This document shows positions 1 through 14,000 of a DNA stretch of 64,000 nucleotides, piece after piece. Origin of the DNA: Podarcis tiliguerta (taxonomy: Eukaryota); the NCBI GenBank assembly GCA_965153285.1, contig OZ229113.1; one strand, given 5' to 3'. Numbering within the stretch: the stretch's first letter is position 1; the number at the start of each line of letters is the position of its first letter. The position numbers and the translations under genes were made by a program. The notes below the pieces were generated by a model, which did no database searches, was not told the origin of the DNA, and saw only the letters and a list, made by a program, of their open reading frames with translations.

Positions 1-232
1 CAGAACCCCTTTAAATGTTTTTCTTGCTGCTGAAACAAAGCAAGAACAAAGCTCCCTTCCCAGCAGAAGCCTGCTGTGGTTCCTTCTGGGATACAGTAAG
101 GGAAGATGTTTGCAGTAAGAAATATTCTATAGTGACTGGTGAGGGTAGGGCTTGAGGCTATTTAATTATGTGTAAGCATTAGATGCTGCAGCATTTTTGA
201 AGTTACTGGTGGTCAACTTTGGCTGTGTAATA

Positions 233-469
233 CAGCGGTCAGCAAACTTTTTCAGCAGGGGGCCGGTCCACTGTACCTGACCTTGTGGGGGGCCAGACTA
301 TATTTTGGGTGGGTGAAATGAACAAATTCCTGTGCCCCACAAATAACCCAGGGATGCTTTTTAAATAAAAGCACACAGTCTACTCATGTAAACACGCTGA
401 TTCCTGGACCTTCCGCAGGCCTGATTTAGGCGGCGATTGGGCCAGATCTGGCCCCCGGGCCTACCCATG
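233..469. mobile_element. Non-autonomous hAT DNA transposon (MITE)
   Basis: Begins CAGCGGTCAGCAAACT; perfect 8-bp target-site duplication GTGTAATA at 225-232 and 470-477. Confidence 0.8.
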
Positions 470-945
470 GTGTAATAGATGTATAGAAGGGCAATAAATA
501 CTAGATGTTTTCATCCGAGGATTTGACTGACTAGTTCAGTTCGTATGTGAAATTCAGCTTCTCCATCTGCTCCGGTTCCCTTTATTCTTGAATATGATGA
601 GGTAAAAATCTACAACAGCTTAACCAGTTCCAGTTGACAAGTCAACATTAAAAGAAGAGCAACTGGATCAGAATCTAGACCAGCCTTGCTCAACCTGCTG
701 CTCTCCATATGGTGAAGACACCAATTCCTTTCAGCCTCAACCACCAGCATGGTCCAAGGCCAAATCTTGCAACCTGATGGAAATTATGACCAACTACATT
801 GGTTCTTCACACAACTAGTAAATGGTCTCACCTGTGAACTTACCACTAAGATGTTCATTCTGTCCTTGTGCTCTTGGATGATTATGAAATGAGACTTTAT
901 TTCAGAGTGACAAGAGTTTGATTGCCCTGTTTGTTTCCTTCTCAG

Positions 946-1102
946 AATAAAACTAATGCAGTATGTGATCTATGGCATTGCATCGTTTTTTTTCTTGTAT
1001 GGAATTATCCTGTTGGCGGAGGGCTTTTATACAACAAGTGCTGTGAAGGAGCTGCATGGTGAATTCAAGACAACCATCTGTGGCCGCTGCATCAGTGGAA
1101 TG
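946..1102 (+). CDS. GPM6B: GPM6B internal exon ([10 protein letters not shown]...GRCISGM)
   Basis: ttctcag acceptor, ATG|gtgagt donor. Confidence 0.95.
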
Positions 1103-4100
1103 GTGAGTCCATTGCAGGAATATGGATTGACACTACTCCAGTGGTCCATAGCATTATCTACAGTGTTGTTTGCACCAGCTCTTTACGCTCGCCTTTGATA
1201 AGAGAGAAAGCAGTGTCTTTCTAGGCTTTCAGAAAGCCCTAGCTAGAGATGCTAGCAGTTGAACCTTAGTCATCCACATAAACAGCAGAGGCTATACATC
1301 TCCCTTTAATGGTCACAAGATATTAATTATAGCTTGTTTTCTTATCCCAAGTGAAATCGCCTGCTTTTTCTCTCTCAAATAGTACTTTATTGGAGAGAGG
1401 TATGAGGCAAAAATAATTTGGACATAATCCTCTTTTTTACCAAGTTTATTCTTCCAAGAAATTACAACTTTTAAGTGGGCCACAGTTCTGTCAAAGTTTT
1501 CATTAACACCATTCATAAAAATGTCCACATTATATATTGTGTGTTTTTGTCCAGTGTTGGGCTTTTTGCAGCCAGGTTGTGCTTTTTTGGGGGGTGGGGA
1601 TTTCTCCCCCCCCCCTAACTGAGCGCACTTCATTTTTAACTTTATAGACCCCCCCCCCCAAAATCTAATTAAGTTGCCCCCATCTCTTGGTCCAATTTAG
1701 TTGGCTGAAGCATGACATTCTTTTCAGTTGGCTCACCCGAGACAACAGGCTGGCACTCCCTGTTGTTAGAAGCTATGCCCTCTTATCCTAATTGCGTACA
1801 GCAGGAATTGGGAGGTACCCACAGATACTGTAAGGAAGTCACAGTTCCCAGTAATGAAGTGCCACTCCAATGACAAAGAAAGCATCCCAGAATGACTACT
1901 GCTCGGAAAGTCAGGCTGTTTTTTCTTTTGCTTACTTAAAACGTCAAGCTTTTAACATCGCAACATGGGCTATAGGGAAGGTCTCTATGGAGTGAAAATC
2001 CGAGACTTCACATCAGACATGGAGACTGTGACATACTCTTGGATTTTAAAGTTCAGAAGTGTGTGTACTGTAAATGAGATTAACCCTTGATTTCCTAAAT
2101 TAATGAGAAAGGGGTTTTCTGTGTAAAATGTGTGCCTGTCTCCTCAGTTTGTTTTCCTGACCTACGTACTGGGGGTGGCCTGGCTTGGCGTCTTTGGCTT
2201 CTCGGCTGTGCCGGTCTTCATGTTCTATAACATATGGTCAACTTGCGAAGTCATCAGATCACTCCCAGCAAATATGACAGCTTCAGCGGACCAGATCTGT
2301 GTGGATATCAGGCAATACGGTACTTATTTTAATCCTGATTAAATGCTTTATCCTCTTTCCTTGTCCTATCTTCAACAGGTTTGTCTTAGCCTTATGAGAT
2401 GAACCAAAAAGCAACCAAGTGTGGAGTCTCTGAACATGTCATTACTTTTTCAATTAATGCAGATTACACTGACCTCTTTCCAGATGCACCCAGTTTAACT
2501 GCATTTGGCAAGTCATTTATCTAAAGTGATTTTGTGCCTGTTATCCGCATTATGCTATCAGGCTTAATAATAAAACAATCAGCAAAATAAACTGCTTAAG
2601 CAAGCCTGAGCCCATCACCAAATAGTTTGAAAACCTACCATGCTAGTCTCCTGAATTTAGCTATATATCTGCATATTCTTACTATTTCTGTAATAATGTG
2701 AATTGTGTATGTGCTCGTTGAAAGCAGTTTCATTTATCCTTTTGTTTTGGAATGGAAATACAATGTCAGAACAGTGTGAGGAAGGAACAGGGGTCTAGAT
2801 TTGTGCACCCAAGAATCACACATTATGGGAACAGATCTTTTTTACCTGATTAACGTCACACACACTATGCAGTTGTTCCTATCATTAATGTTTATTTGGT
2901 GACAAATACTGTTTAGCCCCCACTCTCCCCTGGGACTGGGATTATTTGTGTGGGATTAGGCGTGAGAGACACGGTCACCTCCAAAAAGGAAATGCAATAG
3001 AACACAGGGCAGTTGAACACATAAGAGAAGTTTAGTCAATTTACTTCTAGAGGTTACATCCAGATTCCAGGTATTTTAAGGTTCCTAACATACTTTCTCT
3101 GATATTGGCTGAAGAAGAGTGCAAATCTTTCAGAAAGGCCGGTGGAAATGAGATGTGTGGGGAGGGCGCAGTAGAGGCGAGCTTGGGAAATAATGGGTTT
3201 TTATCCACTGCTAGTCCTTCTCAGAGTAAACCCATTGAAGTTAATGGACACAACTCACTTTCATCCAACTTAGTTGGATACAAGCCAATAGAACTACTTT
3301 AGACAAAGTAGCTGTTCTCCTCTAGTCCTGCTGCTTCTGTGCTGCTGCAACTCATGACTGTTGAGTTGGCATGTTGCCCAAACCTTGGCTCATAGTTTTT
3401 CTCACTCCACATGGCTTAGCGATCCACACACTTCTCCACTGTTTTATAACTCTCATACACATACCTACTGCTGTATAGCTCCCCCCACCCCCCAAAAGGG
3501 TCAAAGATGGATATATTTGATGAATATCTTCTATAGTGCAATATGTTGAGGTACTTTGCTGCCACATGGTATACTTCCACCAAGAAGAAAATGGCCTGAA
3601 GATCAGTAATGAAGAAAAGGAACAGAGGCTTTAATGGAGGAAGAACGGTGGCTTGCAGAGATAATTCTGAATAGTTCCTCTGCAATTGACCACAATTGCA
3701 ATCTCAATCCACAAAGTTTAAGGCAGAGCCTGTAAAGATGCAAGCACCGTTTTCAGCAATCCCTTTGCCCATTCAATAGTCAGGAAGCACAGCATATGAC
3801 AGTGATTAAAAAGAAGAGTGTCCATAGTGACTAAAACAACCATTTGTCCGCCATATGGGAATCCTAGATCTGAGAACATCTCTTGGCAAGGAGAATCTCT
3901 CCTGGATGTAGAAAGGGAACACTGTTAAGTGATTTTGTACTTGATGGTGCCAACTCCAGATTGAACTGGTCAATGTGTGGGTGCTTGTTAAAGGAACACA
4001 ACTTGCGTGTAGGTGGGGAAGGGAAATGGATTTCAGAAGGAAGAATGACATCAGCTATCAGCTTTAACAATGGCTTTTTGATATTTTAACTTCAGGTATC

Positions 4101-7100
4101 ATCCCTTGGAATGCTGTGCCTGGCAAGGCATGTGGGTCAGCATTAGCAGATATGTGCAGCACCCCTGAGGTAAACGAGACTACAACACCCGGTGCTTGTG
4201 TTGCATATCTTGACAACTGGGATATAAACAATTGGTCTGCTAAAACATTAATGCTCGTGCCATTTATTTTTTTTAAAAAAGGTTTCTTAATCATGCAGAA
4301 TGAATGATACAACATTCTGAGGATATAGGTCTGCACTACTTGTTGCGAGGCTAAGTGGTTCTGTGGATAGCCAGTTGAGAGATAACGGTATTTCTCCTCC
4401 CACCCCTTCAGTAGCTGGAATACATAGTGCTGAAAAATTATTTCATCAAGCGACATCAATTTTGCATAAAACACATCAATATGGTAAACACTAGGATACA
4501 GTGTATAGATAAGTAATCAATGCTTAATTAATATGCCAGGCTTCCTTTGAATAAGGAACAACTGCAAAAATAGTGCCCTCGGAATAGGCTGTCTCCTATC
4601 TTTATTGCTAAGGCATCATACTGACTGGGCTGTTGTGGTCCACAGCATCTCTCTCCTCCTAATCAGTTTGTCTAACTGCGATTGAGTTAGTGACAGGCAG
4701 TAACACACAGCTGCCAGTTATAAAAGCACCTATTCCAGGCAGGTTGGGCAGGTTTGCCTTATTATGATGCCTTCCATGTCATTCCATGCATGTGGGTAAC
4801 AAGGGCGCACACAGGTTTTTAAATGTGTGGAGCATCCCTCAGTTACGACTGTGGGCTAGAATAATGTTAATAGAGGTTGGAGTGGTGCTGATGGAACTGC
4901 CGTGGTGGTGGCCCTAGTTTCACTCAGAATAGTAATTTTGGATTTGTTCATTCTTTTCTCTTGGCTGGCATGGATAAAAATTGCCCTGAATAAGCTGCAC
5001 ATGAGGCGACCAGCATCCAGTTACTGAGGCTAATATTTTTTTTCCAGTCGCAATCAGAGAGATGAGTAGAAGTTTCCTGTATGCAGAATCTGATTCCCAC
5101 TAGGCTTCTTCCATGCTATCATGGTCACACCTGTGTTCACAGTTGTGTGAAGGAACCTGGCCTTTAGGTACAACTGGCAGTGTTATGTTGCAGCAACACT
5201 GGCGCAGACTCCTTGTCAGAATAGCTTGAAGTGCCATAGGTTTTGACATTGGACTTGCAGAGTACTCACTACGTCCCCTCAAAAATATTTGTTGGTGCAG
5301 TGGCTCATGGAATCAGACCTTCCTCCACACTAGGCAGCCTCCCAAGAGTTATATTTGTTAATGTGCCATGGAGCTCCTAGGACAATGATTTTCCTCTTTA
5401 CTGTTATAGTTCTATTTGTCTTACCACCTGTTCATTGTGGCGTGTGCTGGAGCTGGTGCTACTGTCATAGCCCTGGTGAGTACCATCATCCTCTCTCTCT
5501 CATAAAATAACCACGTATTCCCTTTTCAGATGTAATCTTTAAAATATTGTTTAACTTAAACTAAGTAATAATTTTTGTGTTTGTTGGCACCTGATTGTAG
5601 TTTTCTCAGGATATTCCAAATAGCAGGCAAGTGCTTACATTTCCCAGTAAAGCTTTGCACCAAAGCAAGCTTTAAAATAGTTCTTTTGGTTCTGTTGTAT
5701 TTTGCTATTCGTTTACCTCCATCCTGTTGCATGGCCAATTTATGGCATTTTTGAATATAGCTATTTTGCCATTAGTATGTAGAACTTCCCAGCATCAGGA
5801 CACTTCAGAGGTTTCCTACATTTGAAAATAGTTTTAATTAATACTCCTGTCTTTCCTTCCTTTAAGTCCTTTGGGGAGTATGAAAAGTACCTGAATGTAC
5901 TGAAGCTAGTTAGTCTGATTAAAAACAAGACCCATTTATAGTCAATCAACTGTTGCAGCAACCTGCATTCAATCTTCTGTTGCCAAATTCATTTAAAGTC
6001 ATAATTTATCAATGTACTTCCCACTGAAACAACCAGGGACCCTTACATAGCTTAGGTAAAGCAGAGCTAGTCATTTTTGCCATAGCTCTCAGTGAAATCC
6101 GTGCCTGACACAGTATAAATTTTCATTCTAACACAAAGAACTGCCTAAAAGGCCAGTAGAATTTGTTGTCTCTTATACGCTGTGTTTTGTTCTCTTCCAC
6201 CAGCTGATCTACATGATGGCTACCACATATAACTATGCCGTTTTGAAGTTTAAGAGTCGGGAAGATTGCTGCACTAAATTCTAAATTGCATAAGCCCAGT
6301 AAAGAGCTGCACTGTGTAGCTTGAAAAACCACTGACACCCTAGACTAAAGAGTCTAGCTTTTTTGAAGTTTGTTACAGTAAATTGTAAATAGCTTCAGTA
6401 AGCATCTTTAAGCATTTTAGATTAATTCAAATTTATTTCTTGTATATGAATAATGATGTGGGTGAGAGCTGGCTATTTTCTATACTATGAGAGGATTGTT
6501 ATTTTCAGTGATGTTGTAAATCATCCCTTTAAAGGAAGGAGGGCTTTCATTTAACATCAAGCTATATTTTTTTCTAACAATCATCTCTGAAATAATTACT
6601 GGATCAATTAAGGGCCTGTAATAAGTTATTTTGTCTCTGCTGTTCACTAATCTGAAAAATAATAAAGCATCTGTTCTACAAATAGATGACACACAAGATA
6701 CATGCTTGATTCTTGATAACTGTCAGTGCCTACTTTTTAGATTGCTGTCAAAGTGCTCTTCTAAAGTACCACACATTTGCCTCTCATTTTTTCTGTATAA
6801 CACCAGCCCTTTGGGTTTTTACTGGTCAAATGTTTTGAGAGACAACTAATTAGGCTCATTGAAGAACACCCTTTTCATTAGCTGACATTTTCATTTCCCC
6901 CCAAAAAATAAGAAACAAAAGCCATGCAGTTCTCTAGCAAAAGCATGGAAACAAGTTCATTCCACCCCAACCCTGGCCTATGAGAAATAGAAAACATCAA
7001 CTTTTGTGGCAAAGGCTATGTGCTACTAACTTATTTGTCAGTGATCAGCTTCCGAAGTATAACCATGCAGCACGCAAAGCAAACCCTTTTATATAGAAAG

Positions 7101-7698
7101 CTGCATTTTAGAAAAAAACTATTTTTGCCCCAGTGAGTATGGCGGAACGCAACTTTTCTAAGAGGATAACTATATAAAATTTCCACATTACAATTTTCCT
7201 TTACGCAAGAGGATGGGGGAAGAAACAGGGAAAGGAAGAAACAATCACAGATTTATCTTGAGTTGCTCTTCTAGGCTTCAGCATGTAAACTTGCAATGTA
7301 TTTTCAAAGCTTTTCCGTTTCTGTTGTTCTTTCGCATTAACTGCTTTTGTTCCTATTTCCTACTAACTTTTGCCAGTACCTACTTAGTAGAATTAAGCAT
7401 GCAAAATTCTAGAGATCTTTAGAAATAAGCCTCTTTGCCTTTTTTAATATTTAATAATGTAGAATAACTTTTAAAAATTAATCTTACTAGCTGCCTGCTT
7501 TGCCTCTTGACATGCTCACTAGCCATCATGCTCACCCTTCTTTTCCAGATACACTTCCTCATGATACTGTCCTCTAACTGGGCCTACTTAAAGGATGCGA
7601 GCAAAATGCAGGCTTACCAGGATATCAAAGCAAAAGAAGAACAGGAGCTTCAGGATATCCAGTCTCGGTCCAAAGAGCAACTCAATTCTTACACATAA
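946..7698 (+). CDS. GPM6B: Neuronal membrane glycoprotein M6-b (PLP/DM20 family), 3' part of gene; 5' exons lie upstream of the window
   Basis: Exons 946-1102, 2148-2319, 4096-4169, 5410-5475, then either 6204-6284 or 7549-7698. All GT-AG and phase-consistent. Spliced peptide [27 protein letters not shown]...[15 protein letters not shown]...KEQLNSYT matches M6b. Confidence 0.97.
2148..2319 (+). CDS. GPM6B: GPM6B internal exon (FVFLTYVLG...VDIRQY)
   Basis: tcctcag acceptor, G|gtact donor. Confidence 0.95.
4096..4169 (+). CDS. GPM6B: GPM6B internal exon ([25 protein letters not shown])
   Basis: ttcag acceptor, GAG|gtaaac donor, phase matches the previous exon. Confidence 0.93.
5410..5475 (+). 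CDS. GPM6B: GPM6B internal exon ([22 protein letters not shown])
   Basis: ttatag acceptor, CTG|gtgagt donor; absent from the ORF track. Confidence 0.93.
6204..6284 (+). CDS. GPM6B: GPM6B alternative last exon, short C-terminus ([26 protein letters not shown])
   Basis: ttccaccag acceptor, phase 0, TAA at 6282-6284; PLP/DM20-like C-terminus. Confidence 0.9.
   Translation: MIYMMATTYNYAVLKFKSREDCCTKF
7549..7698 (+). CDS. GPM6B: GPM6B alternative last exon, long C-terminus ([16 protein letters not shown]...EQLNSYT*)
   Basis: ttttccag acceptor, phase 0, TAA at 7696-7698. Confidence 0.95.
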   Translation: MHFLMILSSNWAYLKDASKMQAYQDIKAKEEQELQDIQSRSKEQLNSYT

Positions 7699-9277
7699 AT
7701 TGTTTGCCAGAAGAATTTTGTAGCTCTGACAAATCATCAAGCAGCTGCTCTGCAGAACAGATGCATGTCCAAGCAAATGCAGAAGTATAAAAACTTCACA
7801 TTCATGCTCCTGGGCCATGATCATAGGGAAAATTTGCAGTGGATATCCTCCATTCCTTTAGCACTGCGATTGGAGGGTTTGGGGGGGGGGGGAGGGAGGG
7901 GAGAGAGGTTGTCTCTAGGCCACTTTAGAAAAACATGTTACCAGGTCAAGGATCTTTATGGATATCTCTTGGCAATTATAAAAGAATTACTAAAGGAACA
8001 CGCTCCTTTCAAAACAGGCTACCACAGTTGGTATCCAGCCCTACAATGACTAAAAGATTTTAAAGGCTGTATATAATTACACAGATGTAAGTAACTAAGA
8101 TTCTAGTATGACTAGTTATTCCCTTTCTTCTGAATACTGATAGTTGTGCTTATTTGATACGGTTTCAGGAAGTTACAAATAATCTTATTCAGTCTCTGTC
8201 AAAATTAAAACTGGATTTTGTGGACTAAATGCCAGAAGTGTTATTTTCTGAGCCACTCCCTTTTCACTGATGCTGTAATGAGCCACTGTTGTTCTACTGC
8301 ACTTACCAGAGTAAGCTGGGCACTGTTGCCCAGAGTTTGTTTTCTTTTAATTTTATACCGTTTGATGGAATGTAGACAGACCCTTGGATCAAGATAATGA
8401 TCCCCTTCTCAGAAAATAAATGTCAGCTTTGCCTTAATATTTATTTTCTATAAATGTCTGAAGCATTTATATAGCAGTGGGAGATCATTATCATGTATTT
8501 TATCAAAACAGAAAGTGTTACCTTGTTGAAATTATACTGATATAATTGTTTCAAATGAGCAGATAACAATTTGTAGAACATAAAAACCCATAGCCATACA
8601 GAGCACAGGTCAACCACCCGTCTCAATTTTGGTGCTCAGCACGTTTATAGACAGTGCTTATTTGTTTTCTCTTTTAAGAAATTTGGTGTTCAGTAAAATA
8701 TTGGGTGCCATTTTAAAAGTGTTTCCCACAAAATCTGCCTTCTAACATTTTCAGAAACATTCAGTGCTAGCTTGAGTACTAGTGATGGTATCTTTGGTGT
8801 GCTTTTTTTTAAATAAAAAAATATATAAATGTTGGAGAAACTTTAAGTACATCAGTGAGTTTTTAATCAGTAAAAAAGTCAAGTCATACATCCATGTTAA
8901 TGTGTGGTTTGATTCGTTTTGAACGTTTGCTGAATATTAACATGCTCCTGTAGCTCATACAGAAGTGTATAAAGATAAAGGAAGCACATGTTTCTTTAGA
9001 AAGTTTTTAAAGGAAAAAAAATATTAATGTGGAAAAAACTTCAGGTATTACCTTGCATTTGAGTTTGTTACATGCCTAATCTGACTTTCTTTTTAAAGAG
9101 GCAAAATCTATATAGAGCAGATAAAAAAATAGCTTAGTGTTTGTTTTTACCTGTTGCATGAAGGAAACAAATTTCTACAGCAATGCAGGTGATGTTCTTA
9201 CTAGTCCAGTGTTTGCATAAAGGTAACGGACAGTGTCTTAAAGCCTAATTCTTTTCTAATTCTATGTAGCTATTTAC

Positions 9278-9458
9278 NNNNNNNNNNNNNNNNNNNNNNN
9301 NNNNNNNNNNNNNNNNNNNNNNNNNNNNNNNNNNNNNNNNNNNNNNNNNNNNNNNNNNNNNNNNNNNNNNNNNNNNNNNNNNNNNNNNNNNNNNNNNNNN
9401 NNNNNNNNNNNNNNNNNNNNNNNNNNNNNNNNNNNNNNNNNNNNNNNNNNNNNNNNNN
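9278..9458. other. Assembly gap (181 N)
   Basis: Run of N between the GPM6B and OFD1 3' ends. Confidence 1.
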
Positions 9459-11001
9459 TTGTGTATGCTTATTTTAAGAAGGTTTTGAAACAGTTGTAGC
9501 AGTATAGACAGCCATCCCAAAGCTAGTGTTTGGGTGACACATAATTGGAAGTTTTAGCATCTATTGAAAAATATGGCAACCAATGGACATAGGAAGACAG
9601 ACCTTTCCCTGCATCTTATCAAGATGTGAATATCCTTCAGTGCTAGGGTGCCTCTGGACTGAGTCTGACTTTCAAAAAGTGTCCACATTATTTGGTATAT
9701 GGATTTGCCTCTATCAGTTTACCTTTGGGGCAAAAAACAACAATATTGTATTTCACAGTTCAGGTTTGATACAGTTTGACATAAACATAAATTTGTTCGT
9801 TTCTGTCTCTTAAGAAATGAGAGCAGCCAAATTAGCAAACACAAATATGCAAAAGTGTTTTGAAAGATGCTCATCTGCAAGGGCCTGTTCTCAGTAATTG
9901 ATTTTGAAACAGAGTACTATTTGCTCAACTTTGTCTTAGGAGAACTGCTGCTTGAGGCATGCCTGGCATCTCTCATAAGCTCACTGCAAAAGTTTCCCAT
10001 CTATAGTGTGTTTCAATATTTTAGTGCAGCATGGTCAAACTACATGAAGCCAGGATATATTTCAATTTCCAAAATCTCTGGCATTTCAACAAATCAGGTG
10101 CCATCGATTCATCTGTACCAGCATTTGCCACTAATTACAAAGCTTGTAAAGTGGGTTAATTCTTTCATCACTTTCCCAAGGAACTCTCCTCTAAAATGAG
10201 TTGATAATATGATTCAATTTTAGTGAGTTCAGACACAGTTGCCCCACTTTTTCAGGCCAGTTTCATACTATGACAACCATTTCCAAAATTTAAACACCAT
10301 AATAGTGTAAATCATCGTTTTCAATACCATGTACTTTTAATAGGAAGTAGTCCCAATTACAAGCACTTACGTAATTTTTAAAGTGTGCTTGACTGAACTC
10401 TTGCTGATGCCCTAGTTTGTTTTTAAAGAGTAGCTAAAGGATGTGCAGCAGCAGGAAATTGAAGCGTCACTATTCAATGAAGTCTAAAGCTGCTTAAGCA
10501 CATTACCCCAAAACTTAAATGTCTAAACACTGTTTTCATTCTAGAGCTCTGAGCTATGCTTATATAGACAGCTGGTCAATCATCTGTAAAGTCTGTAATA
10601 TAAACTCTGGAAGAAAATATTTCAAATAGATTTAAACACAGAATTTTCTATGACTGCTGCTTTATTTTTTTAAAAAATATTCCTTTGTATAACAAGGCAA
10701 ACCAACCTGATTTGATTGTTTCCCCCACTGCCTCTATATAAAGCTATCTTTATTGTACTGGCATATTTTAAACACATAAAATTGGTTGTTCAGGTAGGAA
10801 GCAATTCTCTGAAACATTGTTTCAGTCGCACTGATAGCAACTTTGTGCCAACAAAGAGCAATGTTTCACTTTTAGTATGTTCTTCCTGAATTATGCAGAT
10901 GGCAATATTCCAATGTTCAGAATCTCACCCTCGTTTGTGGTGCTTCCTCTGATGAAAAAGAAGTCCACATCTCTGGTCAGGTAGTCCCTGCTAATCGATA
11001 T

Positions 11002-11053
11002 TCACCAGAAATCATCATCAGGCTCTCCATGAAGAGTGGCTGCAGCACTAAAG
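11002..11053 (-). CDS. OFD1: OFD1 last coding exon ([16 protein letters not shown])
   Basis: gttccag acceptor; acidic C-terminus ending in Trp as in mammalian OFD1; candidate AATAAA signals on - strand at 10749-10754 and 10661-10666. Confidence 0.85.
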
Positions 11054-14000
11054 CTGGAACACAGATAATAATGAATTTTGAAACAGTCTAGTACACTTCC
11101 TTCTTATGATTCTCATCTACCCTTCCCTCACACAGCATACACATCAAATCGTAAGTCCCCCAATCATCTAGAGGAGGTTTTTATAGGGGGAGGGATAATT
11201 TGGACACTTATAGGGATGTGGTGAAATCTCCTTCCCCAACATCTGCTGTCACAAACAATCTATAAATAGAGACCTGCTCAAATAAACTTAGTATGCAATC
11301 CATTCTTTGGACATTTGCTTTAAAACTTTAACAAATCTTAATTCAACTGCAATACAGTAAAGATTACCAGACAAGTGTAATTAGTATGCAATTAAAAGTG
11401 TTTAATGGAAAGGATTTGTTTTAATGCAAAAAGGCCCCACTTGATAAAAAAAGCAAAAATAAATATGAACCATACATGTCAAGCACTAGCAAGATACATA
11501 CCTGTCCTCCTTTCCACTACCTGAGAGTTTCTCAGAAAATACTTCAGCTTCTTTCTTGAAGTCCTAATAGAGAAAAGAAAGTTGTTACTGGTTGCTTTTG
11601 TGTGGTCTCCACATTCCACTGCTACTCAAAAAACAGGAATATGATTAGGTACTTAAAATTACCCTAAGTGCTATACAGAGAGTAGAAAGGACAGGTCACT
11701 GCCACGAAGCATTATCATCTAACAGATACAATGCAAAAGGGAGGGAATGAAGGTGAACACACACATTCATGTTCTAGCTTGTACATGGCAAGGTGGAATG
11801 GCTGCTGGAGTGGGGCAGTTCTAGGAGTGAAGGTGCTAAATGGCAATTGGTCTTCTTTCCTCTCTGCTTTCAACCAATTGAAACAGCCACTGATAGAGAC
11901 ACAATCTTATTGATTGCAATGGGGTTTTTTGGTCTTTATTTCAGAAATAGCATGCTTATGTCTCAACAGCTTTGTAATGGAATTTGTTATCAGAAATTTT
12001 AGTTTGGCATATTTCACGTGTCCTGTTACTGGTTTTCTACCATAGTATGACCTTTTCCAGACAAAATTTTGTGGTTTCCATAGGTCTGTGGGTAATCTTA
12101 AACCTGTATGTTTAAACTGTTTAAAACCAGAATGTACACACTTAAGTATTTGCCCACTATTTTTTCTAGTATCATTGCCAAATTCAAATGATCTTGTATT
12201 TGTCAAAAGTGATCAGTGAATAAAAGATTAAGAAAGTAGTTTGATGCAAGAATTTGTATGTTACAAGACCAAGTAGAGATCACTGTACTGCAGCGTGATG
12301 GAATTATAGTGGTATCACTGCATATTACCAATTCAAAATGGCTAACAGAGATCAACACTAGAACAGATGTGGGGAACCTCAAACTGTTACTGTACTACAA
12401 ATACCTATTATTACTGATCACAGACCAGGAGTTGGGAGTTCAACAGCATCTGGAGGGCCACAGGTAAGCCACCCCCACAGTAACAAATAATAGCGCTGTC
12501 CAGTGATTCGTTTAGATTGCTTACAGCATTCAGTCCTAGATATTTTGATGCACAGAGAGGATCTAACATTCTACTATTCCTTTTTGAATTTGATATCATG
12601 CAGCAAAAAAGTGTAGCTATAAACAGCAGGTTTTGCCAAGCTGAACTCAAGTGTGGCTACTACAAATTTATTGTATATGCATGAAGCATGACTCATTAAG
12701 CCAAAAAGCTGTACTCAAGGAAGTATGATGGCTTGGAATCCGTTCTTGTAAGCTAATCATTAATTCAGCTGAAGATGGTTAATTCTGGATAACCGCAAAG
12801 CAAGCTGCAGAAGAATCAGCTCAACTGCAAATATCCACAAGGTTTGCAACAACAATCAAGTACACTGGAAATTTTTGTTGGTTATTAACCGAAATAATTT
12901 GGCAATACACTATTAAATGACCTCAAGTGGGGGAAACATAAGGTAGACTTTATATCCCAAGTTTCTGATACAACAAAAGCTAGACCTCAACATTTTAAAT
13001 TAATCAGATCTTGTTCTACTCTTTAGTTGGTTGTATATATGCTATCTTGCATGCTTGCTTGTCCAGTGTGAAAAAGACAAAGGAACTACTGAGATTGTTC
13101 TTGGAGTACGTGAGTTCCAAAACTAATACATCTCAGGTGCATTAAACCACCATCTTGCTGACGCTAAGCATATCTGGTTCAGATCAGAACCTAGATGTGA
13201 GACCTCTTATAAACCACATGTATACCACCTTGGGGTCCATAATGGAAGAAAGCCAGGACATTAGATGTAAGAATAATGGACAACATCACCTCATTTGCAA
13301 ACTCCTGCTCCCGATTCTGCTGTATTATTTTCATGTATTTTTCCATTGGATTAGGAATAGCGTCACCACCATGCTCTTCAGACTTTGAGATAATGGTTTC
13401 CAAATCTGCCACATCTTCATGCTTTTTCTCAGTTTCCACTGACTCTTGCATACACTTTTATGAAACCAAAGAATGAACACCATGAAACATTTTAACAGAG
13501 AAGAAAGGAATGCTCCACTTAAATGTGGCCCACTGGTAACATAATCCTACCTACACTCAGCATCCTATAGTTTTATAAGGATCTTAAAGGTCTATATAAA
13601 AGAAACAGCACAAAATTAGTTGCAGCAAATTGCCTGCAATAATGATGTCTCGTCACACACAAGTTAAATCCTCACAGTAATAAGTGGCTTACTTCAACCA
13701 GAACTAAACTACATTTGATTATCAAATCACCCATTTTACAGAAGCGCAACTGGCCTCAACCAGAAGTTGGGCATTTGATGTTGCAATCCCATGCTATAGA
13801 GAACATTCTTCCAGCAGATTCAGCAGGCACCCTTGCTATTGACTTTCAGGTGACTCTTGAAGGCCTTTTATTAATGTTGAAAGCTCACTGTAGCAGCTTA
13901 ATTTTTGATTTGCCAGTGACCTTAACCATTATCTGTATTTTGCTTTCTCAAATGGTGTTTTATGACTTTAATGTTACACACAGTCCTGATATTTTATATG

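Noticed and set aside
9245-9520. ORF spanning the N run
   Set aside because: Artefact of the assembly gap.
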